Origin: an uncultured bacterium
Lineage (GTDB): Bacteria > Verrucomicrobiota > Kiritimatiellia > RFP12 > CAIWXQ01
Assembly (NCBI GenBank): GCA_903916675.1
Contig: CAIWXQ010000008.1
Location: 48,270 to 112,269 of the forward strand
Direction: 5' to 3'
DNA length: 64,000 nucleotides
The first letter of the stretch is position 1, and the number at the start of each line of letters is the position of its first letter. Position numbers and translations under genes: made by a program. Below the pieces are notes generated by a model. It worked only from the letters and a program-made list of their open reading frames with translations. It did no database searches and was not told the origin of the DNA. Positions 49,138 to 61,455 of this stretch are shown here, piece after piece.

Positions 49138-50904
49138 TTACCGCCCCTCCGCCGCCTGCTCCGCCTCCCGGTATTTTCTGCGAAAGAAGGCAGTCCATTC
49201 GCGCAGGCAGGCGAGGCGGTCGAAGCGCTTGTAGTCGCTTACTGCTGTGAGCCAGTCGAGCGGCGCGGGGCGGTCTGGCATGGCCAGTAGCAGAGCCATG
49301 GCGCGCGGGTTTTTCTCCGGACCGCCGCGGCGGATGATTGCGCCCCAAGCGGCGCGAAGCTCGTCGCCGGAGTCGATGCACATGGAGCGCACGAGGTCAC
49401 GCTGCAAATCGAACAACGCGGCGGTCCAGCGCGGCTGGTAGGAGAACTGCGCGCCGAGCGCGTAGGGGTTGATGCGCGGATCGGAGAGGTCGTCGGACAG
49501 ATATGGCCGGTTGCTGGCACAGGCGGCCTGGATGACGGGATCATCTGACGGATAGAAGTCGCGCCGGATCGGCAGCCGCCGCAGGGCGAAGCGCTTCGGC
49601 CCGCCCGGCGTGCCGGTGCGGTAGTTCCAGATCTTCTGTCCCTCCAGGCTGAGCGCAAACTGCAGGAACCGCACGGCCAGCTCGCGGTGCGGCGCGCCGC
49701 GCAGCAGGCTGGTGGGATCCGCGCTTACGCTCGAGCCGCCGACGGGCGTGACGTAGCGCAGGCGCTCGGTGCCATCCGGTGTGCGCTCGGTCTCAGCCTG
49801 GAACCGGCCGTAGAAGTCGATCGCTACGCCGGCGGCAACTGCGCCGGCGTTGACGTCCATGGTGACCTTCCCCGCGCTGTCGGTGAAGTAGCGGGCGTTG
49901 GCGCCGATGCGGCGCAGGAGGTTGATCCCCTCCAGCCAGCCACGTTCGACCGCGACCTGGTAGACCACGGGGACGGACGGCGGAAGCTGGCCGGGAGGAA
50001 GACGCGCGGCAATGATGGCGGCTTCGTTTGAGGTGACCTGCTCGCGCGTGAAACCGGCTGCGAGAACCGCGCGCCAGCACTGCTCGTGCACGATCATCTC
50101 GAAGGCCTTAGCCACGCTGCCGCTCTTGGTGGGGTCAGCCAGGCCGATCTGACCGAAGAGGCGCGGGTCCGCGAGGTCGCTCCAGGTGGCAGGTGTCGTG
50201 GTGATACCGCAGTCGCGCAGGCGGTCGGGGTTGCTGCAGATGCCGAAGGCACTGAGCACGGTGCCGAAGAAAAAGTCAGTGCGCCAGGTCTCGCCGCCGA
50301 AGTGCGCGGGGAAGGAGTTGAGCAGTGCGACGATCTCTGGGCGCCGGCGTTCCTCGGCGCTCCACGGCGGCACGGTCAGCCCCTGCCGCGCGGCGCGGTC
50401 GTGGTCGTATGCGCCACCGCCGCAAAAAAGATCTACACCGCACGAAATCGCGCGAGGATCGTCCGTATTGCGGAATGCGATGTAGATTTTTTTTTGCCGT
50501 TCGAACCTGACGCGCGCGATTTCGTTTGTGGCAGCTTCTGCGAGCGGTTGATTCGGGTTGAAAGAACGATCAAGGATCATCTCTGCACTGTCACTCCCCC
50601 ACAGCTCGCCGCATTGCATCCAATATCCTTTCATGGAAGAAACGTATTCAGCGGTGAGATAGCGCATGATCTCGCTCGTGCCGCCGAGCATGCGCCAGTC
50701 GATCTTCACCGGGCGGCCGAAGCGCTCGCGGTGCCAGCGGCTGAACGCCTCACCGAACTCATAGCGCACCGCCTCGTTATGCGGCGAGATGATCACCAGC
50801 ACGGGATCGCCGCTGCGCCAGTCGCCGAGGGCGGTCGGCTTTTGGAACAAAAACGGCAGCGCCACCAGCAGCGCGGCAGCGAGGATGACGAGGAGATATT
50901 TCAT
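49138..50904 (-). CDS. ABC transporter substrate-binding protein (extracellular solute-binding family 1-like) with a ~250-aa C-terminal extension
   Basis: Signal peptide MKYLLVILAAALLVALPFLF followed by a PotD/AfuA-like fold. Confidence 0.6.
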   Translation of the reverse strand: MKYLLVILAAALLVALPFLFQKPTALGDWRSGDPVLVIISPHNEAVRYEFGEAFSRWHRERFGRPVKIDWRMLGGTSEIMRYLTAEYVSSMKGYWMQCGELWGSDSAEMILDRSFNPNQPLAEAATNEIARVRFERQKKIYIAFRNTDDPRAISCGVDLFCGGGAYDHDRAARQGLTVPPWSAEERRRPEIVALLNSFPAHFGGETWRTDFFFGTVLSAFGICSNPDRLRDCGITTTPATWSDLADPRLFGQIGLADPTKSGSVAKAFEMIVHEQCWRAVLAAGFTREQVTSNEAAIIAARLPPGQLPPSVPVVYQVAVERGWLEGINLLRRIGANARYFTDSAGKVTMDVNAGAVAAGVAIDFYGRFQAETERTPDGTERLRYVTPVGGSSVSADPTSLLRGAPHRELAVRFLQFALSLEGQKIWNYRTGTPGGPKRFALRRLPIRRDFYPSDDPVIQAACASNRPYLSDDLSDPRINPYALGAQFSYQPRWTAALFDLQRDLVRSMCIDSGDELRAAWGAIIRRGGPEKNPRAMALLLAMPDRPAPLDWLTAVSDYKRFDRLACLREWTAFFRRKYREAEQAAEGR

Positions 50905-50966
50905 GCGAGGTGTTTTTGCTGCTGCCGGCGACCGGGGATGGTCGCCCTCCAGAAACTCCGTTGAAC

Positions 50967-50996
50967 CCTTCGACGGACTCCCTCTTCTTCGTGTCC
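50967..50996. repeat. B-type repeat right arm only (CCTTCGACGGACTCCCTCTTCTTCGTGTCC); solo remnant
   Basis: Located in the 130-bp gap between the ABC ATPase stop and the substrate-binding-protein start. Confidence 0.3.
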
Positions 50997-51035
50997 GCAT
51001 CTTGCCCGTGCAGGGACAGCTCGGCCCGCCTGTAT

Positions 51036-52103
51036 TTACGCGGTCAACACGATCACGTTTTCCGGCGCAACCCAGGCTCGGACCGGTGCGTTTGCGCGGT
51101 CGGCGCCGGCAGCGGGGTTGAGCTCCACAACCTTCCACTCGACGTTTCCGGCGAGCGCCACGATGTGCTGGGCCACCTCGCCCTGGTAGACGGTCTGGAG
51201 GCAGCGGCCGTCGAACCGATTGGGCGCGTTGGCTGGCGGGGCGTCGAGGCGGATCGACTCGGGGCGGATGCAGAGAGTGACGGCAACGCCAGCGGCGGGC
51301 GTCGCGCCAATGGCGGTGAAGGAACCCAGCACCGTGTCAACCCGCAGCAGGCCATGGGCAACACCTGCCACGTGGCCCTCGATGAAATTTCCCTCGCCGA
51401 TGAAGCCGGCCACGAAGCGATTCACGGGGTAACGATAGACCTCGGCCGGCGTGCCGATCTGCTCGATGGCGCCTCTGCGCATGATTGCCAGGCGGTCGGC
51501 GATGGAGAGCGCCTCTTTCTGGTCGTGCGTCACATAGACCGCAGTGAGGCCGGCCTGCTTGCAGATGCGACGGATCTCGCTGCGCATCTCGAGTCGCAGC
51601 TTGGCGTCAAGATTCGAGAGCGGTTCGTCGAGCAGCAGGCACTGCGGCTCGATCACCAGCGCGCGGGCCAGCGCCACACGCTGCTGTTGTCCGCCGGAGA
51701 GAAGATTGGGTTTGGTATCCGCGCGGTCGGCCATGTGGACGCGCTCGAGCGCGGCAGCGACGCGGCGGCGGCGCTCGGCCCGTGGAACGCGCCGCAGCTC
51801 CAGCCCGAACGCGACGTTCTCGGCCACGGACAGGTGCGGCCAGAGTGCGTAGCTCTGGAAGACCATGCCGGTGTTGCGCTGGTGTGGTGGGAGGAGCGTC
51901 ATGTCGCGGCCGTCGATGCGGATCGCGCCGGAGTCAGGCTGGTGGAACCCCGCGATAGCGCGCAGCAACGTGGTCTTGCCGCAGCCGCTGGGGCCGAGCA
52001 GGAAGAAGAGCTCGCCCGGCTCGATGCGCAGCGAGACATTGTCCACCGCGCGCAGCGCGTCGAAGGACTTGACAAGGTTCTCGATCTGGATGGAAACCGC
52101 CAT
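51036..52103 (-). CDS. ABC transporter ATP-binding protein (PotA/FbpC/MalK-like importer ATPase)
   Basis: Walker A GPSGCGKTT, signature LSGGQQQRVALARAL and Walker B LLLDEP. Confidence 0.9.
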   Translation of the reverse strand: MAVSIQIENLVKSFDALRAVDNVSLRIEPGELFFLLGPSGCGKTTLLRAIAGFHQPDSGAIRIDGRDMTLLPPHQRNTGMVFQSYALWPHLSVAENVAFGLELRRVPRAERRRRVAAALERVHMADRADTKPNLLSGGQQQRVALARALVIEPQCLLLDEPLSNLDAKLRLEMRSEIRRICKQAGLTAVYVTHDQKEALSIADRLAIMRRGAIEQIGTPAEVYRYPVNRFVAGFIGEGNFIEGHVAGVAHGLLRVDTVLGSFTAIGATPAAGVAVTLCIRPESIRLDAPPANAPNRFDGRCLQTVYQGEVAQHIVALAGNVEWKVVELNPAAGADRANAPVRAWVAPENVIVLTA

Positions 52104-52203
52104 GGTGGAATTCCGGCGAATCGACAGCAGGGATTATAGACGGCGGCAGGGGCAGAATCCAAGAAACGGTTATTGGGCGACCGAGAGTCGGTTCATGGTG
52201 CTT

Positions 52204-52300
52204 GGACACAGAGAACACAGAGGAGAAATGAGCACACAGAGAAAAGGGGCGTCCCGCACCTCCCTCTGTGGTCTCTATTCGCTCGGTGACCTCAGTGTCC
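52204..52300. repeat. Palindromic MITE/REP-like element, A-type, intergenic copy
   Basis: Left arm GGACACAGAGAACACAGAGGAGAAATGAGCACACAGAGAAAAG, loop, then right arm CTCTGTGGTCTCTATTCGCTCGGTGACCTCAGTGTCC. Confidence 0.55.
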
Positions 52301-52393
52301 TTGCCATGTATTCTTTTTGCCCGTTGCGACTTTCGATTGTGCTTCCCAATCTTCCGGCGGCCTCGCACAATATCCGCCAACAGGAGACGCTTT

Positions 52394-52768
52394 TTGCCCC
52401 GCACCGCCCAACCACTCCGCCCGGCTCGCATCCGCCTGCGCCACCTGCAGCCGCTCTGCCTGGCGCAGCTCGCGCGCGGGCCGGGGAGCGGCTATGATGT
52501 GCGCCAGGCGCTGGCTGCGCTGCCGCTGTTCGCGGCAGCGGCACCGGATGCGCCGGGGATTTACCGGATTCTGCAAGGGTGCGAGAGGCGCAAGTGGGTT
52601 CGCGGCCGGCAATGTCCATCGAAAGCTGGGCGTGCGCGGCGCGAGTATACCCTCTTGCCGGCTGGCCGCGCGGCGCTGGAGGGGTGGCGGAAGGAACTGC
52701 TGCTTGCCCGCGGGGAAATCGACGCTGTGATTGCGCTGGTACGGAAGAACCAGAAGCGGTGGAGATGA
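52394..52768 (+). CDS. PadR-family transcriptional regulator (TTG start inferred)
   Basis: LCLAQLARGPGSGYDVRQAL...YTLLPAGRAALEGW fits the PadR winged-helix pattern. There is no in-frame ATG; a TTG at 52394 sits 7 nt after AGGAG. Confidence 0.45.
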   Translation: MPRTAQPLRPARIRLRHLQPLCLAQLARGPGSGYDVRQALAALPLFAAAAPDAPGIYRILQGCERRKWVRGRQCPSKAGRARREYTLLPAGRAALEGWRKELLLARGEIDAVIALVRKNQKRWR

Positions 52769-52857
52769 AAGGCAAGCAGGCCGGCGGCGGCCAAGGGACC
52801 GGCCGCCCTACACGGGAAGCTGATTGTTGATGGGAATGAATCAGAAGGGATCCCCAT

Positions 52858-54117
52858 ATGCGCTTTATCCGGTTCGACAGCGTGGGCGGCGCGAGCGGCG
52901 ACATGCTGCTGGGTGCATTGGCGGCGCTCGGCGCCGATCTCCAAGACATCGAGCACACGGTGCGGAAGTTTTTGCCTGACAACGTGCGCATCGTCTCTGA
53001 GCCGGCTGCGGACCGCGGCCTGCATGGCATCCGTGTGAAGGTTCGTTGCGCGCACCAGCACGACCACGATCACTGGCCCGACGCGCATCCGGGGCATGGG
53101 CACCACCACGCGCCGCACCGCACGCTCAAGGAGATCGCCCGGCTGCTGAAATCCCCGGCGCTCGATGCGGAGACCCGCCGCCTGGCGCTGGCTGTGTTCA
53201 CCCGGCTGGCCGCAGTGGAGGGGAAGATTCACGGGAAGAAGCCAGGCGAGGTGCATTTCCACGAGGTCGGCGCGACGGACTCGATTGCGGACATTGTCGG
53301 TTGCTGCCTGGCGCTGCGGCTACTGGGCGTGGCAGGTATCGGTGTCGGCCCCCTCCCCTGCGGCACGGGGAGCATTCAATGTGCGCACGGCGTCATGCCC
53401 AATCCGGCTCCGGCCACGCTTGCGCTGCTGGCCGGATTGGAAGTCTGCCAGACGGACGAGCCGTTCGAGCTGGTCACCCCCACCGGCGCGGCGCTGCTGG
53501 CCACATGGTGCGCTGAGCTGCGCACGCCGCCGACATCCGGCCGGGTGGCCTGTACGGGGTTTGGTTTCGGACGTCGCGAACTCCACAACCGCGCCAATGT
53601 GCTGCGCGCCACGCTGCTGGAGGGGGAAGAAAAATGCGACAGATCGAACGGAGCCGTCGGAACAAGCGGATCGTCCCTGCTTGTTCTCGAAACCAACCTT
53701 GACGACTGCAATCCGCAATGGATCGGCGAGCTGATCGCACGGTTGCTGGCCCGCGGGGCGCTGGATGTGTGGGCCCAGCCAGTGACTATGAAGAAGGGGC
53801 GGCCGGGGATCGTTCTGGGCGTGCTGGCGGCGCCGGAGGCGGCCGAGACGCTGCGCGAGGAGATTTTCCGGGCGACGACCACCTTCGGCATCCGATCGTA
53901 CGCCGTGGCGCGCGAGATGCTGGAGCGCCGGTTCGAAACGGTGTCCACGCCGTTCGGTCCGGTGCGCGTCAAGGTCGGCAGCCGCGCCGGCCAGGTGCTG
54001 GTGCGCACGCCTGAGTTTGAAGATTGCGCCCGACAGGCGCGGCGGCACGATGTCGCGCCGCGGCAGGTGTACGAGGCGGCGGTAAGAGGGAAGTCCGTTA
54101 AAAAACCGGTATCTTAA
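52858..54117 (+). CDS. larC: LarC-family nickel insertion protein (DUF111)
   Basis: MRFIRFDSVGGASGDMLLGAL N-terminus and a His-rich segment HQHDHDHWPDAHPGHGHHHAPH; both are typical of LarC. Confidence 0.8.
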   Translation: MRFIRFDSVGGASGDMLLGALAALGADLQDIEHTVRKFLPDNVRIVSEPAADRGLHGIRVKVRCAHQHDHDHWPDAHPGHGHHHAPHRTLKEIARLLKSPALDAETRRLALAVFTRLAAVEGKIHGKKPGEVHFHEVGATDSIADIVGCCLALRLLGVAGIGVGPLPCGTGSIQCAHGVMPNPAPATLALLAGLEVCQTDEPFELVTPTGAALLATWCAELRTPPTSGRVACTGFGFGRRELHNRANVLRATLLEGEEKCDRSNGAVGTSGSSLLVLETNLDDCNPQWIGELIARLLARGALDVWAQPVTMKKGRPGIVLGVLAAPEAAETLREEIFRATTTFGIRSYAVAREMLERRFETVSTPFGPVRVKVGSRAGQVLVRTPEFEDCARQARRHDVAPRQVYEAAVRGKSVKKPVS

Positions 54118-54172
54118 TCGTAATCCGAATCGTGCGTTTAATCGATTAAGATCACGATTAGGATTTGATCGG
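54106..54172. repeat. ATCG-repeat hairpin (copy 3) right after the larC stop; possible terminator or REP
   Basis: AATCCGAATCGTG...CACGATTAGGATT is a 13-bp stem with one mismatch around a TTAATCGATTAA palindromic loop. Confidence 0.4.
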
Positions 54173-54259
54173 TGCGACGGTTTGCGCAGGGGCCTCCGTT
54201 TTTCACGCGTGGAGACAAAAAAGAAATAACCGACGCAAGTAACGAGAGCGAGAAACGCT

Positions 54260-54940
54260 ATGAACGACGAGACCGCCGCCTCTTCTTCCTGGCCCATCCT
54301 TTCCGCAATCGAGGCGCGCGTACTGGGCGCGCTGATCGAGAAGGAGCGGACCACGCCGGATTATTATCCGATGACCCTCAACGCCCTGATGGCAGCCTGC
54401 AACCAGAAGAACAACCGCGATCCGGTGCTGCAGCTCGACGAGGGGACCGTACTGGCGGCCACGGACGCGCTGCGCGAAAAGAAGCTGGTCTGGCAGATGA
54501 CGCTGGCCGGAAACCGCGTGGTCAAGTACCGGCACGCATTTGCAGAGATCTACCAGGTGCCGGACGCAGCCGTAGCACTACTAGCCGAGTTGCTGTTGCG
54601 CGGTCCGCAGACCGTGGCCGAGCTGCGCGCCCGGGCCGAGCGCATGCATCCGCACGCCGATGTGGCAGTGGTCGAGGCACTGCTGCAGGAGCTGGCTGCG
54701 CATGCCGGCGGGGCGCTGACGGTACGTCTGCCGCGGGAACCGGGGCGGCGCGAGCCGCGCTATGCGCACCTGCTTTGCGGTCCGGTGGCGGGCGCTGCTG
54801 CGGAGGCCGCGCCGGCGGCTCCTGCGACGGTTCTGGCAGGTCCTGCGGCGCAGGAGAGGATCGCTGAACTGGAGCAACGCGTGGCTGATCTCCAGGCGCG
54901 TGTGCTGGCGCTGGAGAGCAAGCTGGGTCAGGTGCTGTGA
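54260..54940 (+). CDS. yceH: YceH/DUF480 (UPF0502) family protein
   Basis: LSAIEARVLGALIEKERTTPDYYPMTLNAL is the DUF480 N-terminal signature. C-terminal coiled coil. Confidence 0.75.
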   Translation: MNDETAASSSWPILSAIEARVLGALIEKERTTPDYYPMTLNALMAACNQKNNRDPVLQLDEGTVLAATDALREKKLVWQMTLAGNRVVKYRHAFAEIYQVPDAAVALLAELLLRGPQTVAELRARAERMHPHADVAVVEALLQELAAHAGGALTVRLPREPGRREPRYAHLLCGPVAGAAAEAAPAAPATVLAGPAAQERIAELEQRVADLQARVLALESKLGQVL

Positions 54941-55128
54941 GGCGAGCGGAGACCGGGGTGTGCCAAGGGCAACGAAAGGCCGGCTGAACGCGATTGCAGC
55001 AGGTGTTTTTATCGCGGCGGCTGCTTGTATGCAGGCGGTAACCGGACTATACTCTTGAACCATGCAGCCGGTGTGAGTGTCGCGTGGTTACGGGCACCTG
55101 AGCGGCAGATCCGAAAGAGGGGGGTCTC

Positions 55129-55815
55129 ATGAACAGGAACCTATTTTGTCTTGGTTGCGGCCTGATCGCCCTGGCGCTGGCGGCGGGATGTCAGGCCACG
55201 GGCAGCGGCGCGGCCGACGACAAGGAAAAGAGCATGCCGGACAGGCGCTCCGCGCGGGAGATACTCGCCGAGGTGCTGCAGAAATCCGGAATGACCGAGA
55301 CCGACCTGGTGCTGCATACGGTTTTCACCCTTCCGCCGCCGCTGGTTGAGAGCAACGACTATCCGCGGGTCGCGTGGCAGGGATGCTTCGCCGGCCAGCC
55401 GCAGGCCCTGGTGCATTCGAATGGCCAGATGCTGGTGGTTGTCAGCACGATTGACCGCGAGTCGTACTTGTTCAACCCCTACAACCGGACGTGGACCATT
55501 GGCCCGGGCCATTCCGATGCCGGGGGATCCCAGCTCTGGGTGCTGTTCTACGGCAAGGCCGCGGATTTCGTGACGGAGGTCATCCAGGCCCGCGATGCGC
55601 ACGAAATGCTCCGACTCCAGGTGCGTCCATCGCGGCCGGTCACGGCGCCCGTGTTCCCTGCGCGGATATCGAGCGAAGAAATGCAGAACGATCTACTGGA
55701 GCTGAGCCTCCACGGATTGGAAGAGCAGCTGCAGCATCTGCGCCTCATGCGTTCCAACGGGCAGCCCTGTAATCCCGAAGTGAACGTCTACTACAAACCC
55801 GCCATGGGAAAATAA
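55129..55815 (+). CDS. Hypothetical lipoprotein
   Basis: Lipobox LAAGC after a signal peptide. Confidence 0.5.
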   Translation: MNRNLFCLGCGLIALALAAGCQATGSGAADDKEKSMPDRRSAREILAEVLQKSGMTETDLVLHTVFTLPPPLVESNDYPRVAWQGCFAGQPQALVHSNGQMLVVVSTIDRESYLFNPYNRTWTIGPGHSDAGGSQLWVLFYGKAADFVTEVIQARDAHEMLRLQVRPSRPVTAPVFPARISSEEMQNDLLELSLHGLEEQLQHLRLMRSNGQPCNPEVNVYYKPAMGK

Positions 55816-55889
55816 CGCCGGCGGGTGACGAAACGGCGTGCGGACGAAGCGCGCGGGCGTGACAGCGCCGGCGCGGCACAGGAAGAATC

Positions 55890-58379
<2,490 letters not shown>

Positions 58380-58437
58380 CGGAAAAGAAAAAGACTCTTT
58401 CTTATTTCCTTCTTCCGTTTCCCCTTTCGCCCACCCG

Positions 58438-59061
58438 CTACAGCAGTTCCACGCGCCGCCCCTCTACCTGCAGGCATTCGGCCGCGAGGAGCTGCAGCGC
58501 CTCGGGATAGGCTAGATATTCCTGCTCCTGGATGCGGGCGTGCAGAGTCTCGGGCGTGTCGCCTGGAAGCACCGGCGCGGGACGCTGCACGATGATCGGC
58601 CCGGTGTCCGTCCCCTCGTCCACGAAGTGCACTGTGCATCCCGTGACCTTGACACCGTATTCTAGCGCCTGCTCCCAGGCGCGCAACCCCGGGAAGGAGG
58701 GCAGCAGCGCGGGGTGGATGTTGAGCACGCGCCCCGGGAAGGCGCGCAGCAGGCCCGGCTTCACGATGCGCATGAATCCGGCCAACACCACGGTGTCCAC
58801 CTTGTGCTTGCGCAGCGTCTCAATGACGCGCTGCTCGGCCTCGCCCTCCAGCTTGGTCTTGAAGGGCGCCGGATCAATGTGGAACGCGGGCGCACGGTGG
58901 CTGCGGGCGCGTTCCAGAATATAGGCGTCCGGCACATCGGAGATGACGCAGGCGACGACCGCGCTCAGGCGCTGCATGGAGATTGCGTCAAAAATGGCCT
59001 GCAGATTCGATCCAGTCCCGGAGCCGAGTACGCCCAGGCGAAGTTTGTTCATGGGGGCCAT
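58438..59061 (-). CDS. purN: Phosphoribosylglycinamide formyltransferase
   Basis: Start chosen at MAPMNKLRLGVLGSGTGSNLQAI; NIHPALLP motif. Confidence 0.85.
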   Translation of the reverse strand: MAPMNKLRLGVLGSGTGSNLQAIFDAISMQRLSAVVACVISDVPDAYILERARSHRAPAFHIDPAPFKTKLEGEAEQRVIETLRKHKVDTVVLAGFMRIVKPGLLRAFPGRVLNIHPALLPSFPGLRAWEQALEYGVKVTGCTVHFVDEGTDTGPIIVQRPAPVLPGDTPETLHARIQEQEYLAYPEALQLLAAECLQVEGRRVELL

Positions 59062-59128
59062 GACACCAGAAGCCTCGGAAAATGGCAAGAGCGGAATGCG
59101 AATCTTGACTCTGGCGCGCGGAAGAGCA

Positions 59129-59141
59129 AACATACGCGACC
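59129..59141 (-). promoter_or_regulatory. Related motif AACATACGCGACC, 68 bp upstream of purN (copy 3 of the conserved upstream element)
   Basis: Shares ATACGCGACC with the 18-bp motif. On the gene strand it reads GGTCGCGTATGTTTG, containing TATGTTTG (TAnnTTTG). Confidence 0.3.
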
Positions 59142-59182
59142 AACCGCATGGTGGAAGTCGCCGCGCGGTCTTTACAGGAGCG

Positions 59183-60385
59183 CACGGATTCATGAGACCC
59201 CTTCTCCGCATTCTGCCTGTCCTTCTCCTGCTGGCCAGCCTTCCCGCTCACGCAGCCACGACGAAAAAATCCGCCACCAAGCCAGCCGCGGCGGCCACCA
59301 TCCATGGCATCCCCGTGATCTTCCGCGACCCGTACCTCGGCATGATCGCTGTCGACGGCGCTACTGGAAAGGTCCTGGCGGAAGAAAACGCCGACGCCGT
59401 CGCCTATCCCGCCAGCTGCATCAAGCTGATGAACCTGTTTGTGGTTCTGGACCGCGTGCAGCAGGGCTCCATCCACCTCGTCGACCAGGTCAAGATCACG
59501 CCTGAGATCAGCAAGATCGGCGGGTCGCAGGTCTTTCTCGACCCGAAGGAGATGCCCACCGTCGAGGACCTCATTTACGCGCTCATGGTACAATCCGCCA
59601 ACGATGCTGCTGCAGCGCTGGCGATCCACGCGGCCGGCTCGCAGGCGGCGTTTGTGGAGCTGATGAACCAGAAGGCGCAGGCGCTCGGCCTGACGCATAC
59701 GCACTTCTTCTCCTGCCACGGTCTGCCGCCCACGACGCCGCGCAAGCCCACGGAAGTTGACATTTCCACGCCGCGCGAGCTGGCTGCCCTGGGACGCGCG
59801 CTGGTGGCGGCCCACCCCGAGGTGTTGCAGTACTCCTCGACTATGGAACGAACCTTCCGCACCGTTCCGAAGCCGTTCGTGATGCGCAACCACAACCACC
59901 GCATGCTCGAAGCCGGCCTCGGCGTGGACGGCCTCAAGACCGGGTTCTTTGACTCGGCCGGCTACTCCTCCATCGTCACCGCCCAGCGCAACGGCCGACG
60001 TATCTTTGTGGTGGTGGCCGGGAGCGGCAGGCCCGGAATCAAGGACTTGGGCGTGGCGCGTGACAAGGCGGCCAAGGAGATCGTCAGCCGCGCCTTTGCC
60101 GCGCTACCCCCCCTCCCCCCGCCGCCTCCGCCAAAGCCGGCGCTGACCAACACAGCGCCGGCCAATGCTGTCGCTGTGCAGCCGGAAGCGGTGACAGCCG
60201 TGCCTGCGCCAAAGGCGGACGGGTATTCAAACTGGGTCACAGCGGCTATGGCGCTGGGCGCGGTGATCGCCGCCACGCTGGGCGCGGCCGGATTCCTTTC
60301 CTGGCGCCGGCGGCGGGGAAGCGGGATGATCGTGGACGACAAGCTGAACGGCCCGCGCCGCCCCTTTCCTCCGCTGCAGAAATAG
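59183..60385 (+). CDS. D-alanyl-D-alanine carboxypeptidase (peptidase S11, PBP5/6-like) with a Pro-rich linker and C-terminal TM anchor
   Basis: Signal peptide followed by an SxxK-class fold (AYPASCIKLMN, MVQSANDAA). C-terminal PPLPPPPPPKP segment and a membrane helix. Confidence 0.8.
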   Translation, partial: HGFMRPLLRILPVLLLLASLPAHAATTKKSATKPAAAATIHGIPVIFRDPYLGMIAVDGATGKVLAEENADAVAYPASCIKLMNLFVVLDRVQQGSIHLVDQVKITPEISKIGGSQVFLDPKEMPTVEDLIYALMVQSANDAAAALAIHAAGSQAAFVELMNQKAQALGLTHTHFFSCHGLPPTTPRKPTEVDISTPRELAALGRALVAAHPEVLQYSSTMERTFRTVPKPFVMRNHNHRMLEAGLGVDGLKTGFFDSAGYSSIVTAQRNGRRIFVVVAGSGRPGIKDLGVARDKAAKEIVSRAFAALPPLPPPPPPKPALTNTAPANAVAVQPEAVTAVPAPKADGYSNWVTAAMALGAVIAATLGAAGFLSWRRRRGSGMIVDDKLNGPRRPFPPLQK

Positions 60386-60391
60386 GCGGTG

Positions 60392-61381
60392 TCACTTCGT
60401 GTCCGGACCGAAGCGCTCCACGCGGCGGTGGCAGTAGGGATGCCCGCCGGTCTTGTGGTAGTAGTCCTGGTGATACGCCTCTGCCGGCCAGAACGTGCCG
60501 GCGGATATCACCTCCGTGGCCACGTCGAACTTTCGCTTCCGCAGCTCCGCGATCAGCCGCAGCGCAGTTTCACGCTGCTGCGGATCGGTGAAAAAAATGG
60601 CGGAACGATACTGGTCGCCGACGTCCGGCCCCTGCCGGTCGTGCTGGGTCGGATCGTGAAGCTCGAAGAAGAGCCGAGCCAACGCCTCAAAAGAGGTTTG
60701 CTGCGGATCGAAGAGCACCTCCACCGCCTCGGCGTGACCGGTGGTGTGTGAGCAGACGGCGTCGTAGGTGGGATGCTCGGTGTGCCCGCCGGTGTAGCCG
60801 GTCGTGGTGCGGATCACGCCACGCGCCTCCTCCAGCAGCGACTGCACCCCCCAGAAACAGCCGCCCGCAAAGATGGCGCGGGCAAAGCGATTCGTACTTT
60901 GGGCCAGCGGCACGAAATCCAGCGAGAGCGAGTTGACACAATGGCGCGTGTTCTTGGGCGTGAGCCGTTCGCCCGTGAAGACGTGCCCGAGGTGTCCGCC
61001 GCAGGTGGCGCAGAGGATCTCCGTGCGTTCGCCGTCCGCGTCGGGCTGGTGCCGGACCGCACCGGGCACCTCGGCGTCGAAGCTCGGCCAGCCGCAGCCG
61101 GCGTCGAACTTGTCCTCCGCGCGGTAGAGCGCGGCGCCACAGCGGCGGCAGACATAGGCGCCGGGCTCATGAAGCTTCTCATAGATGCCCGTGCCGGGCC
61201 GTTCGGTCGCCTTGCGGACGATGACCGCCTCCTCCGCGGGTGTCAGCGCGCGCCAGGTGTTCGTGCGTTGAGGTGATGCAGGCATGGGCGTCTCCCGGCT
61301 GGACGGATTCTGCTGTGCAGAACAGGCGCCGGCAGCTAGCAGGATGGCGGCGCCGGCAATTCGGCAAAAGAGCGGATTCAT
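60392..61381 (-). CDS. msrAB: Bifunctional peptide methionine sulfoxide reductase MsrB-MsrA, secreted
   Basis: Start chosen at the signal peptide MNPLFCRIAGAAILLAAGACSA. MsrB CxxC...CGWPSF region followed by MsrA GCFWG. Confidence 0.85.
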   Translation of the reverse strand: MNPLFCRIAGAAILLAAGACSAQQNPSSRETPMPASPQRTNTWRALTPAEEAVIVRKATERPGTGIYEKLHEPGAYVCRRCGAALYRAEDKFDAGCGWPSFDAEVPGAVRHQPDADGERTEILCATCGGHLGHVFTGERLTPKNTRHCVNSLSLDFVPLAQSTNRFARAIFAGGCFWGVQSLLEEARGVIRTTTGYTGGHTEHPTYDAVCSHTTGHAEAVEVLFDPQQTSFEALARLFFELHDPTQHDRQGPDVGDQYRSAIFFTDPQQRETALRLIAELRKRKFDVATEVISAGTFWPAEAYHQDYYHKTGGHPYCHRRVERFGPDTK

Positions 61382-61455
61382 GATAGCCTCCGCGTTCGGC
61401 TTGTCATTCCCGTGCCTTTTCAGTATGAAGCATTTTTCGGGGAGATGGAAGGCAG

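Noticed and set aside
59062-59182. Possible ZTP/pfl riboswitch upstream of purN.
   Set aside because: Only a weak GGTTGGTCGCG resemblance, with no CCGACCGCCTGGGCA element. The sequence is better explained as the conserved upstream promoter motif.
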